Shown piece by piece: positions 19,079-29,600 of a DNA stretch of 64,000 nucleotides. The notes under the pieces were generated by a model. It did no database searches. It worked only from the letters and a program-made list of their open reading frames with translations, and was not told the origin of the DNA. The translations under genes and the position numbers were made by a program. The first letter of the stretch is position 1. Each line of letters opens with the position of its first letter. The DNA comes from a virus: positions 1 through 64,000 of IMG/VR virus record IMGVR_UViG_3300024999_000068, one strand, 5' to 3'.

Positions 19079-21730
19079 TTGGAAAATGTTAAGGGTGAGA
19101 CTAAAGAGTTAAAAGAAATAAATAAACTGATAAATAATAATTGGTACGAGTATATTTTGGATGAGATTAAAAGTTTGTCAAGAGTAATGTCAGATACTCA
19201 ATTGTCAAAACACTATGACAAACCAATATCGAATATAGAGAAAATATTATATAAGATATTAAAGATTAACAGAAAATCACGTATTGAGAATTTAACCAAA
19301 GAAGAAATTATACAAATATATGAATATGTTCTATCAGGAGAAAGACTAATGTTTCCTAATGATTTTTATACTAAAGAAAAACATCATGAAATATTATTAA
19401 CATATCTTTTTAAAGAAAAATTAAATTGGGATACATATGATATATTAAAATATTTTAATTTTTCAACATTGGATAATAATAAGCTCTATGGATTAAGAAA
19501 AAATAAAAAGGTTATTGATATTGTAAATTTAATTAATAACATATTTAATACGGATTTTAAAATTTGGCAATATCAAGAATCTACTACTAATCATTATTTT
19601 GATTCTAAAAGTAATCTTGACGATGCAATAAAATGGTTTAAAGAAAACATCGCAAACGATAAAAACATTTACACCATTTATGAGGCATATAGTTATGGAC
19701 TTAATGCTTTGGCACATGAATACAAATTGTATCAAGGATTAATTAAAGGGAAGTTTGATAATAAACATTTTGACTTTTACGAATATGTATTTCAAGAAAA
19801 ATTCGACATGCAACATTACAAAAATAACAATTATCCTTTTGATATATTATTAATACCGATATCGTTAGATAATAAATCAATAATATATGAATTAACAGAT
19901 GCTTATTATAATTTAGATGATATTGGAAAAACACTAATAAATTGTATGATTAGGTATTGTGAAGAAAATAATAGATTCCCAACTTTTAATGATATGTTAA
20001 TAAAAGATGGATACATAAGTTATGATTATTATAAAAAATATTTTAGCAATATGGAAAACTTAAATAAATATATCTACAGACTTGATTTAAGACCAGAAAA
20101 AATGATATGCAATGACTGTTGTGAGGAATTTCCTTTTACAGAAGAGTTCTTTACTAATTCTAAAACAGACAGATTTGGACTTCTCTATCAGTGTAAAAAG
20201 TGCAATAGTAAATATACAATGAGATCGCATTATAAAAAAATTGGTATAATATTAGAACGGGATGTTACTGAAATTAATCCAACACAGTGGTGGAAATATG
20301 CTCATGAGGGAACGATACCTAAGATGCCAGATTTTTGTTTTGAAATTAACAACATGATAAAAATTATAAGACATGTATTTCACAATGAATTGAAGTTTAT
20401 CAATAAAGAAGATTTTCTAGATATTGATAGATATAATGTTCGCATGAATACATCTTTGTTTATTAGTAGCATATACTCTAAATTCTTTACGAAGAAAGAG
20501 ATGTTTCAACAATGCTTTCCAGAATATGAATTTATAGATGATGATTTTAATATTTACAATGATGAGAATACTAACAATATAATTAAAGAATGGATTGAAT
20601 TCAATAGTTTAAAAATAATAGATTTATTAAAGAACGGAAATACATCATTGTTCGATAAGGAAATTAACAATCTATATGTTACTAGATTTTGTTCAATCAC
20701 AGATATGTTTTTATGGTATTTTAATTATAATAATGTATTACATCCAATCCATAAAAGAGTAATATCTGTTTTTGATTTTCAACAAAAACCAGATGGGTTT
20801 TGGGATGTAAAAGAAAATAGAATAACTCGTATAAAGATGTATTGTGAACAGGAATGTAAAGAAAGCATCTTAAGTGTAATTAATGATAATATTTTACTTA
20901 AAAATTGGACTAAACGATATTTTACAATGTTAAAAATCAGTAAAATAGTTATCAATTACAATAAGTATAATAATACACTGTATGACACGCTTATAGAAAC
21001 TTATCCAGAAATAAAAGTTAATAATATATTATTTAGTTGGGAATGGGTACAGATTAAAAATGGAACTTACTCAAGAGAGTATTTGATAGATTGCTTGAGA
21101 GAATTGGTCATATATCGTATGAATGATTTGATAATAGACATAGAAGAAGACTTGCCAAGGTATATGAATAATACATATATAAATACAATTTATCCAAGAT
21201 TTAATCAACATAAAAATAAAAATTTTAAATCATATTATGAATGGTCTTGCCTAGCTTTCCCCGAATACGATAATGAGTGGAAACCAGATGACTTTGGGAG
21301 TACATACGCTTTTGATGGTGCAAAATGTGATAGCATTCAAGAAAAAATGGCTTATGAGTATATTAAAAGAGACTTTGGTCTTGAGTATATTATGAGTATG
21401 GGAAGGAGGCATAGCGGTTCACATATAATAGAAGTTGATAAAGAAATATATGGATTTAAAAAATGTTGTCCAGATTTCATTATTGAAAAAATATTTATTA
21501 AAAATAGGATAAAACAATTAGATAAGCCAATTTATATTGAATATTATGGTTTATATGTTGAAAATAATAAAGATAAGATATTTGTCAACTATGTGAAAAA
21601 GACTCATCAGAAAAACGAAATATACAATTCACTAGATAATATTATATTTATAGCACTGTATCCATCAGATTTAAAAAATAACTGCGAAGGAGTAAAGAAT
21701 AAAATGAATAATGCATTGTCAAAAATATAA
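19079..21730 (+). CDS. Large multi-repeat endonuclease-like protein (helical repeats, Zn finger, C-terminal PD-(D/E)XK)
   Basis: C-terminal DSIQEKMAYEY...PDF...YIEYYGL; central CxxC...CKKC. Confidence 0.6.
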   Translation: MENVKGETKELKEINKLINNNWYEYILDEIKSLSRVMSDTQLSKHYDKPISNIEKILYKILKINRKSRIENLTKEEIIQIYEYVLSGERLMFPNDFYTKEKHHEILLTYLFKEKLNWDTYDILKYFNFSTLDNNKLYGLRKNKKVIDIVNLINNIFNTDFKIWQYQESTTNHYFDSKSNLDDAIKWFKENIANDKNIYTIYEAYSYGLNALAHEYKLYQGLIKGKFDNKHFDFYEYVFQEKFDMQHYKNNNYPFDILLIPISLDNKSIIYELTDAYYNLDDIGKTLINCMIRYCEENNRFPTFNDMLIKDGYISYDYYKKYFSNMENLNKYIYRLDLRPEKMICNDCCEEFPFTEEFFTNSKTDRFGLLYQCKKCNSKYTMRSHYKKIGIILERDVTEINPTQWWKYAHEGTIPKMPDFCFEINNMIKIIRHVFHNELKFINKEDFLDIDRYNVRMNTSLFISSIYSKFFTKKEMFQQCFPEYEFIDDDFNIYNDENTNNIIKEWIEFNSLKIIDLLKNGNTSLFDKEINNLYVTRFCSITDMFLWYFNYNNVLHPIHKRVISVFDFQQKPDGFWDVKENRITRIKMYCEQECKESILSVINDNILLKNWTKRYFTMLKISKIVINYNKYNNTLYDTLIETYPEIKVNNILFSWEWVQIKNGTYSREYLIDCLRELVIYRMNDLIIDIEEDLPRYMNNTYINTIYPRFNQHKNKNFKSYYEWSCLAFPEYDNEWKPDDFGSTYAFDGAKCDSIQEKMAYEYIKRDFGLEYIMSMGRRHSGSHIIEVDKEIYGFKKCCPDFIIEKIFIKNRIKQLDKPIYIEYYGLYVENNKDKIFVNYVKKTHQKNEIYNSLDNIIFIALYPSDLKNNCEGVKNKMNNALSKI

Positions 21731-21831
21731 AGTAGATATAAATAACAATGAGTTTCAATTAAAACTTGCATACCTCATATGTTTGTAATATAATGTAAGC
21801 ACCTATAAAATCGAACAAGGAGGTATGCAAC

Positions 21832-22311
21832 ATGAAAAAATTAATTAGTTACTTTTTAATAATTATATCAATGTTAGGACTAGGAGGGTGTTCTAAACAA
21901 TATTCATCATCTTCTATAAATTTAAAATCAGAATACATTAAATCGTTTTCACCTTCTTTTGCAATTGATGCAGATAAAGTAACTAAGGTATCGATAGATT
22001 TATATAATCAAGTAATAAGTAACAAAATATCAGAAGTAGGTTTTAATCCACAATATCGTGATTTTTACAAGGTGGAACCACAGAATGCAGACGAAAAGGA
22101 TTTTCAAGACTATATTAAAGAATTTGCAATTAATTATTCTACGCTAGAACTTGATAATTCTACTATTAAAGCAGAACAATATTTGCGAGATAGTGGTTCA
22201 AGGAGTAAAGATGACTATGATATTTTTATGGGGAAATACAAAATTAAAGTAATAGAAGATTTAAAAAATCTTAAACTTAATTTAGATAATATAATGGAAT
22301 ATTACGAATAA
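21832..22311 (+). CDS. Lipoprotein (moron, possibly superinfection exclusion)
   Basis: MKK-hydrophobic-LGGC lipobox; own promoter TTGCAT-17-TATAAT (21766-21794). Confidence 0.7.
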   Translation: MKKLISYFLIIISMLGLGGCSKQYSSSSINLKSEYIKSFSPSFAIDADKVTKVSIDLYNQVISNKISEVGFNPQYRDFYKVEPQNADEKDFQDYIKEFAINYSTLELDNSTIKAEQYLRDSGSRSKDDYDIFMGKYKIKVIEDLKNLKLNLDNIMEYYE

Positions 22312-22327
22312 TAAGGAGTGTTGATAC

Positions 22328-22879
22328 ATGACAGAGCAAAAATTATTAACAATTGAAATGATAAGAGAAAATGAGTATATATTTGGTTCTGAATTAGAAA
22401 TTAAAAATTATTTATCTTTAAATGCAAAGAAAATATTAATTAAGAAAATTTTAAATTTATGTCTTATTGATGGAAATATTAAAAAGATTGATTTTGCTTT
22501 AAAAGAATTTGCATATGAATATGTGATGGTAAATGAATATTCGAATTTAAATTTTGATGTAGAAGATGTTTTAGAATTATATGATGAACTTAAAGAGAAT
22601 TTGGTAATTAATACTATACTAAAATTAATTCCTGAGTCAGAAAAAGAATTTATTGATTATATATTGCGAAAAGAAATTGAACAAATTCAAGTTGTCGATA
22701 ATAGTTTGGCAACTGTAATTAGTAAACAGTTAAGTAGACTTGTAGAAAAACTTCCAGATAGTGTAGAAATTAATAAAATGATTCCTAAATTAAGTAAACA
22801 AATAAATAAAATATCTCCTGATTCTTTTAAGTTTTTAACAGATGCTATTGGATGGAGTAAAGGAGACAAAAAAGAATAA
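22328..22879 (+). CDS. Putative tail assembly chaperone-like protein
   Basis: Helical acidic protein upstream of the tape-measure region. Confidence 0.4.
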   Translation: MTEQKLLTIEMIRENEYIFGSELEIKNYLSLNAKKILIKKILNLCLIDGNIKKIDFALKEFAYEYVMVNEYSNLNFDVEDVLELYDELKENLVINTILKLIPESEKEFIDYILRKEIEQIQVVDNSLATVISKQLSRLVEKLPDSVEINKMIPKLSKQINKISPDSFKFLTDAIGWSKGDKKE

Positions 22880-22991
22880 TATTTTATTAAAAGATAAAAT
22901 CAATATTATTTATATTTTAAGAAAACTTATAGAAATGTAGGTTTATTTTATTGTGGATTTATAGATTGAATATATTTAACAGATAGTCTTT

Positions 22992-23096
22992 GGCAACATC
23001 TGCAATTGCAATGCAGTAGAAGAGGTAAACTCCCCTCTTCTTTTTTGTTGCCTTTTTATAATGTTTTGGATGGAGTAGTTAATAAATTTAAGGAGT
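22992..23096 (+). ncRNA. Cloverleaf leader RNA, copy 4
   Basis: Outer stem ggcaaca/tgttgcc plus T-run; hairpins ctgca/tgcag and gaagagg/cctcttc; loop actcc complementary to ggagt at 23072-23076 and 23092-23096 (RBS). Confidence 0.7.
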
Positions 23097-24219
23097 GATG
23101 GAAATGTTCGAAGATTTTTATTGGGAAGAAGATAGTATATCTGATTTTAGAAGACTAAATATTATACATAAAAAATTTATTAGGGAGAAAGAAAAATTTA
23201 TAAATTACAATGGACAATTTCGTATGTGTAGTAAATGTAGAGAAAAATTACCTTTAAATAGTTATTTCTTTCATTCTGGTGGAAAAGATAAATACCATAG
23301 ATATTGCAAATTATGTGAAGGGTCTTCATCATACGGATGGGGACGAAAAGAAAATAATTTGTTTAATGAATCTGGACAGCACTATTGTACAAAGTGTGAT
23401 AGAATTTTGCCATTAAACGAATACTATTTTAGCAAAACAACAGGGCGATGTAATAAAACAGGATTTTCTAGTAATTGCAAGGAATGTAGAAATAAAGATT
23501 CTAATTTCCAATTTCATAGTTTAAATAATTATCATGAACTACTTGATATTAAAAAAGGATTTAAAATATGCTCAGATTGCTTATTAGAATTACCAGATAA
23601 TGATAATTATTATTTCAATAGAAATGATCGAGAATATGGTCATACTCAGTGTAAAAATTGTAAGGGTTTTGAATATGGTGTTCATAGAATTAATAGAGTT
23701 ATGGAAAAACATTTACCAGTAGGATATAAATTTTGTTCAAATTGTTTAGATATTTTTAAAGTAGAAGATATGTCTTATGGTATGGTATATTGTCAACCAT
23801 GTGCAAATGAAAAAAGTGGTGTTTGGTCTAAAACTGACAAGGGCAAACAATATAAACGACAATTTAGACAAATCCGTAGGGCTAAACAATTATTTTTACG
23901 TAATGATTTAACGGAAGTTCAATGGGATGAAACATTAAAATATTTCGATCATTCTTGTGCATACTGTGGAACTACAGAAGAAAAACATAAACAAGAAATA
24001 GAGCAGGTACTTCATCAAGAACATGTAATTCCGATATCTAAAGATGGTGAATATACAAAAAATAATATTATTCCTGCATGTAGAAAATGTAATTATGCGA
24101 AATATACAATGTCTTTAAAAGAATTTTATATAAAAACAAAACATTTTTCTGAAAAAAGATATAACAAAATATTGAATTTTATACTAGAAAATTCAGAAGT
24201 AATTCAAAATACAAATTAG
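23095..24219 (+). CDS. HNH endonuclease with tandem Zn-finger repeats
   Basis: Repeated CxxC..LP...YF...CKxC units; CAYCG...EHVIPISKDG...NIIPACRKCN. Confidence 0.85.
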   Translation: MMEMFEDFYWEEDSISDFRRLNIIHKKFIREKEKFINYNGQFRMCSKCREKLPLNSYFFHSGGKDKYHRYCKLCEGSSSYGWGRKENNLFNESGQHYCTKCDRILPLNEYYFSKTTGRCNKTGFSSNCKECRNKDSNFQFHSLNNYHELLDIKKGFKICSDCLLELPDNDNYYFNRNDREYGHTQCKNCKGFEYGVHRINRVMEKHLPVGYKFCSNCLDIFKVEDMSYGMVYCQPCANEKSGVWSKTDKGKQYKRQFRQIRRAKQLFLRNDLTEVQWDETLKYFDHSCAYCGTTEEKHKQEIEQVLHQEHVIPISKDGEYTKNNIIPACRKCNYAKYTMSLKEFYIKTKHFSEKRYNKILNFILENSEVIQNTN

Positions 24220-24260
24220 TTAATAAGAATCGTCTTAATAATAATATGGGAGATGACATC

Positions 24261-24677
24261 ATGGATTTTAAAGACTTAAAATCCCTAGAATTGTATTTAC
24301 AAAAAAAAATATCCGAATCTCTCCAAACCGATGTAGCGTTGGAAAGTAGACATCTTATACGTGAAAAAATACAAACAGTGGTGCTAGAGGCATATATTCC
24401 CCAAGATTATATTCGCACATATGAAACAATTAATAGTTGCGTATCTATTCCAATTGGTAATTATACAATTGAATTAAAAAATACAAGAGAAGGAGATAAT
24501 GGAGAGAATATACCTTATATTTTAGAGAGTGGAGTTGGTTATTCTTGGGGAAATAATCTAGATGAAAGAATTGGACCAAGACCATTTATGAGAAAAACAT
24601 ATGAAGATTTAGCAATAGGGAAAGCAAGATTATTTATGAAGATTGCGTTAAAAAAACGAGGTATAAATACTATATAG
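24261..24677 (+). CDS. HK97 gp10-like tail-completion protein
   Basis: YIRTYE...ILESG...GPRPFM motif directly upstream of the tape measure gene. Confidence 0.55.
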   Translation: MDFKDLKSLELYLQKKISESLQTDVALESRHLIREKIQTVVLEAYIPQDYIRTYETINSCVSIPIGNYTIELKNTREGDNGENIPYILESGVGYSWGNNLDERIGPRPFMRKTYEDLAIGKARLFMKIALKKRGINTI

Positions 24678-24749
24678 AAAAACAACTCCCTACTCTTTGA
24701 AGTGTAGGGTATCTTTATGCCCGAAATTACATAGAGAGGATGATTTAAT

Positions 24750-26156
24750 TTGGATGATTTAAATATTCTAATCAAAGCTAAACTATCATCAACAGCAACA
24801 GAGATTGGAACACAAATAAAGGCATTAAACAAACAGATCACAGAAGTCATTTCTGTAAAAATGAAGATTGATGCAAAAGATTTAGCAATTATTAATGATA
24901 CTTTAGATAATATAAGAAAACCAAAAAACGGTGGTAAGATAACTGTTTTTAATGAGGCAGATTTAAAAGCACAAGGGGTTAAATATAAGCAAGGTGTAAT
25001 GAAAACTATTGAAGATGTTGAAAAATATCTTAAAGGTGCTTTTAATGGTAAGAAATTTGATCTAGGAGCAATTGTAGCAGATTCAAGTGGGAATATCAAA
25101 TCATTTGAAGCAGGTATTAAATCTGCAAATAATCAATTAGAAAAAGTAAAATTTAATTTAGCAGAAATATCAAGAATAAGCAAGAGTGGAGTTGCTAGTA
25201 CAAATTCAGGATATGTATTAAGTAGTTCTCAATTATCAAGAATAGCAGTCAAACCTGAACAAATTTTTGATAGGACAAAATTAGAAGCAGAAGGTAGGCA
25301 ATTTTTTGTTTCTTCGTCTAATATTGTTGAACGAGTTAAAAAAGAATTTAAATCTCTTGGAGATGTAGATGTTAAATTCTTAAAAAATTCACAACAAGAA
25401 ATAATTGGTTTTACTGCTAATGTTACTAAGGTTAATGGTGTAATAGAGCAATTAAAATTCAATATGGCAAGAATACAATCTGGAAATAGTGTGCAAAGAG
25501 GATATGTATTTTCTGGAGAAAATTTAATTGATAAAAATGCAGGTTCTAATATACAAAAATCATTAGATAAATTGCAATTATATGAGAATAAAATTGCTAA
25601 ATTAAAGGCAGGATTTACATCTCCCACAACTGGAATATCAAACACAGAGAATTTAGCGACATTAACTTCCCAATACGATAGAATTAAGGCAACTATAGAC
25701 CAAACAAGACTAAGTAGCACAAACCTATCTAATGAACAAAGAAGAGGCATGATCCAAAGTATAACTAATTTGGAATTAGAAATTTCTAAATATAGAGATT
25801 TACAAAGAGTTATGAAAACAAGCACTGGAGGTTCTTCTAGTACTTCTGGAACTTTAAGCGATAAAGATATATCTCTATATCAAGATAGTATGACAAATAA
25901 ATTAGCTAGTTTACAAGTTGGGAAAAGTGCAGTTTTTGCAAGACCAGAAATTATAGCAGAAATGAATCGTTTAACACAAAGCGTAGCAAGATTTGGAGAA
26001 GTTGGAGGATTATCTGCTAGAGAAGTTAATTTACAATTTGCTCAATTAACAACATCTGTACGAAGAGCAACTGCTGAAATCACAAGAATAAATGGTGCTG
26101 CAGATAGTGTAGCAACGACCTTCGGGAAGGATATTTTTAAACTCGGAATTTGGAGT
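24750..26156 (+). CDS. Tape measure protein, exon 1
   Basis: Coiled-coil N-terminus ending ...KLGIWS at the group I intron; joins in frame with exon 2 (about 2003 aa in total). Confidence 0.75.
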
Positions 26157-26666
26157 AATAAGTATTATTTTGTCGAATATATGTATGATTAATTACATAT
26201 TCTACAAAAACGTAAAGCTCCGCATATAGTGTGAACTGTATGTAGTGATAGATGACGGATAACAATCTATCCAATATCTCATCAATTGCTGGCAATCGCT
26301 AAGAGCTAACTAAACTACAACGTAGGTATGAAATAAGGCCAAGCGTGAATGTTGCGAAAGTAGAAAAAATTAGTTAGATGGCATATGGTTAAATCCTAAG
26401 TGCTATAAACAATGGGTCTTCAGCATCTTATATCCGAATAGGATACAGTTCAACGACCATTCCCCTTGAGGGAAGTAGGGCCAAGTGGTGGGCGAAAATC
26501 CCTTAAATCGAAATGAGAGACTTTCTTATAAATAAATATAATTTATAAGAAATGATGATATGGTCTGGGCTTGCATGGAAATCATGCAGAAGTTCATGTT
26601 AAATAATAATATATAATTATTTAATTGAGAACTGGCAGAAATTAACGAATTCTGTCGAACACTCCG
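26157..26666 (+). ncRNA. Group I intron without ORF in the tape measure gene
   Basis: P1: exon ggagU pairs with IGS gcucc (about 26217); core motifs aattgctggcaa, tcagcatc, gttcaacgacca (R) and gatatggtc (S) with gacca/tggtc P7 pairing; P9 hairpins. Confidence 0.85.
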
Positions 26667-26667
26667 T

Positions 26668-29600
26668 CTAGCCGCTACGCTAATGTACGCGCCATTTAGA
26701 GCCTTGAAGGATGGTATTCAATACGTTTACCAGATGGATACAGCTTTGACTGATTTGTCGAAAGTTGTCGATTTTTCGTCTAATCAATTAAGTGAAATGG
26801 CAGATTCAGCAGTTAATCTTGGAAAACAGCTTGGGCAATCTAGTGTTGAAATTATGAAAGGAATGGCAGAATTTGGAAGAGTAGCAAAGAATCAAAAGGA
26901 TATTATCGAGTTGACTCGCGTGGCTGGGATGGCAAGTAACGTCACTACTATGTCAGCCGCAGATGCCGCCAAGAATATTACGAGTAGTATGATTACTTTT
27001 GGAATAGAAGCAAAAGATTCTATGAAAATATTAAATTCTTGGAATGAGATCCAGAATAACTTCCGTGTTAGTGCTGAAGACCTTGCAGCAAGTATTTCCA
27101 AAATTGGGGCAGCCAGCAGGTTAGCAAATACTGATATGCAAGATTTAGAGGGCATGAGTTCTGCAATCGTGCAATCTTTGGGAATTTCTGGAAATGAAGC
27201 TGGAACAGCTTTAAAAAGTTTCATGAGCAGAATATATAGAACTGATGAGTCTGATCCTGAAGAACTAGGGAAAACTGCAAAAGCATTAAAAAGTATTATG
27301 GATATTGATACATCAAAAGCGAACGGAGAACTTAAAAGCTTTAATTCCCTAATTTCAGAAATTCAAAGTGGATGGGGAAAAATGTCGAAACAAGAACAGT
27401 TGGCAGTGGCTCAAAGTATGGGTTCTACGTATCATTACTCGAAATTTGTCGCATTAATGGAGAATTACCAGATAAAACTTGATGCTGCGGCAATGGCCCG
27501 TAACAGCGAAAACAGTGCTTTGGAAGAAAATGCCAAAAAACTTGACTCAATTTCAGGTCGTTTAGGATTGTTGAAAGTCGCATCAGAAGAATTTTGGAGA
27601 TCATTAATTGATTCTAATGCGCTAAAGTCAATGGTATCATCTTTGACTTATTTAGTTTCTACTTTTGCTAACTTAAGAACAATCATTATGACTGCAGTCT
27701 CCGCACTTCTTATACTTAAAGGAACGCAAATTGCCTCTACTATTTCTACATGGTCAAGTTCATTTCTTATGTGGTCTACTTCTGCTAGGACTGCCACCAT
27801 ATCATCGACTTTGTTTAATTCAAGTATAGTTCAGACACAAGCAAGATTAGCGGGATTGTCATTTGCTGAAATTGGAGCAATGACAACCACTACAGGATTA
27901 GGAGTTTCTATTAAATCACTTGGTTTTGCCTTCAAAGGATTATTAGCATCTATCGGCCCAATTGGATTACTAGTTGGTGCTATTACTGCTGTCTCAATAG
28001 GCATGAGTATTTATAATCAAAAACAAGAAGAAAATGCTATGGCATCAGAACAAGCATCCCAAAAATTAAATCAAGAACAAGATGCATTAAGCGGATTGTC
28101 AGAAGAATATTCAAAAATAATCCAATCAGGAGACAAAACGGCAGAATCAAAAAGTCGTTTAAAGGGCATTCAAAATGAACTTATAAAAACTTATGGAATA
28201 GAGGCCGAAGGTCTAGATTTAGTTAATGGAAAATATACAGACCAAATTGCTTTAATAAATAAAGTTATATCTGATAAGGCTAAAGAACAATTAGCATCAA
28301 TGGGCAATTCAGGAGCAGAAGCGTTAGCAAATTCTACAAGGGTTTTAAGTAGTCAATTTGGCGCAGGAGACTCTAGAGGGAATAGAAGTGTAGTTGACCC
28401 TGTTTTTAATTCTATAGTTGGAAAATCTGTTGGAGAATCTACTCAAGGTAAAGAATTATTCGAAGTTAATGGCACTCTGAAAGAAAGAGTTGCAATATTA
28501 GAGAAATTAAAATTATCTTTAGATAAAACAAATGCCAATGACGTATATTCAAAGTCTGTAATTAAAGATGTTACTGACGAATATAATAAATTAAATAGTG
28601 AAATGAAGGCAAATCAAACTGTCCTTGACAAATATCTTGAAAATAAAAACATTGTAGATTTCTATGACTCCTTCAAATCTAATATTGGTGAAGTTTCAGA
28701 TTTAATGAGTAAATTTTTAAAAAATCCTAATGATACTGGTTTAACTAAACAATTGAATGAATTGCATGATAAAATGATAAACTTAGCAGATTCAAAAGGA
28801 AGACTTGGAGATTTTCAATCTTTCATTGATGAATTATTTGGGGGAATACCAAATAAAGCAAATGATGCATCTGATGGCACGAATAATTTTTCAAACTCTC
28901 TTAAAACACTTCAAGAAACAATGTCCACATCTGCATCATCTATATCAGACATCCAATCTGCTATGGATGAATATAACGAATCTGGAAAGTTTAACTTGGA
29001 TACCATCATCAAACTATCTAAAACATATCCAAAACTTCTTGAAATGCTTGGCAATGAATCAAAAATAAGAGATTTCTTAACTAGTAAAATAAAAGAGGAA
29101 CAAGAAGTCTCTCGTAGAGCATATGCTCAAATGCTTATGGATAGCGAAGAATTCTATAAAGCAAAAGTTCTAGGCAATGCACAAGTAATGGATGCCTTAT
29201 CTAAATTATATAATGGAGATTTAAGTCAATATAAATCACTGGCCGAAGCAAAAGCAAAAGTGGATCAAGAACTAATTCAAAGATTAGCATCACTTTGGTC
29301 TAATTATTATAGGGCAGGAGCATTGGTAGCTCAACCTTTAGATGGTGGAAGAACGGTTGTCGGGGCAGATGGTTCAGAGCAGTTCATCACACCTGAAATG
29401 AAAGCGCAATTATCTGGATTAAAAGAATATTCAAATCAAATGAGTGCGTTGGCATCTGCTATGGATGGAATTGCAATGAAAGGCACTTCAGGCATTGACT
29501 TCTCAAAAATAGGCATGTCAGGTTCAAAAGCATCTGGTTCAAAAGACAAAACAGACAAAACTCAAGATCCATCATACACAGATCCTACGGATGCCTTAAT

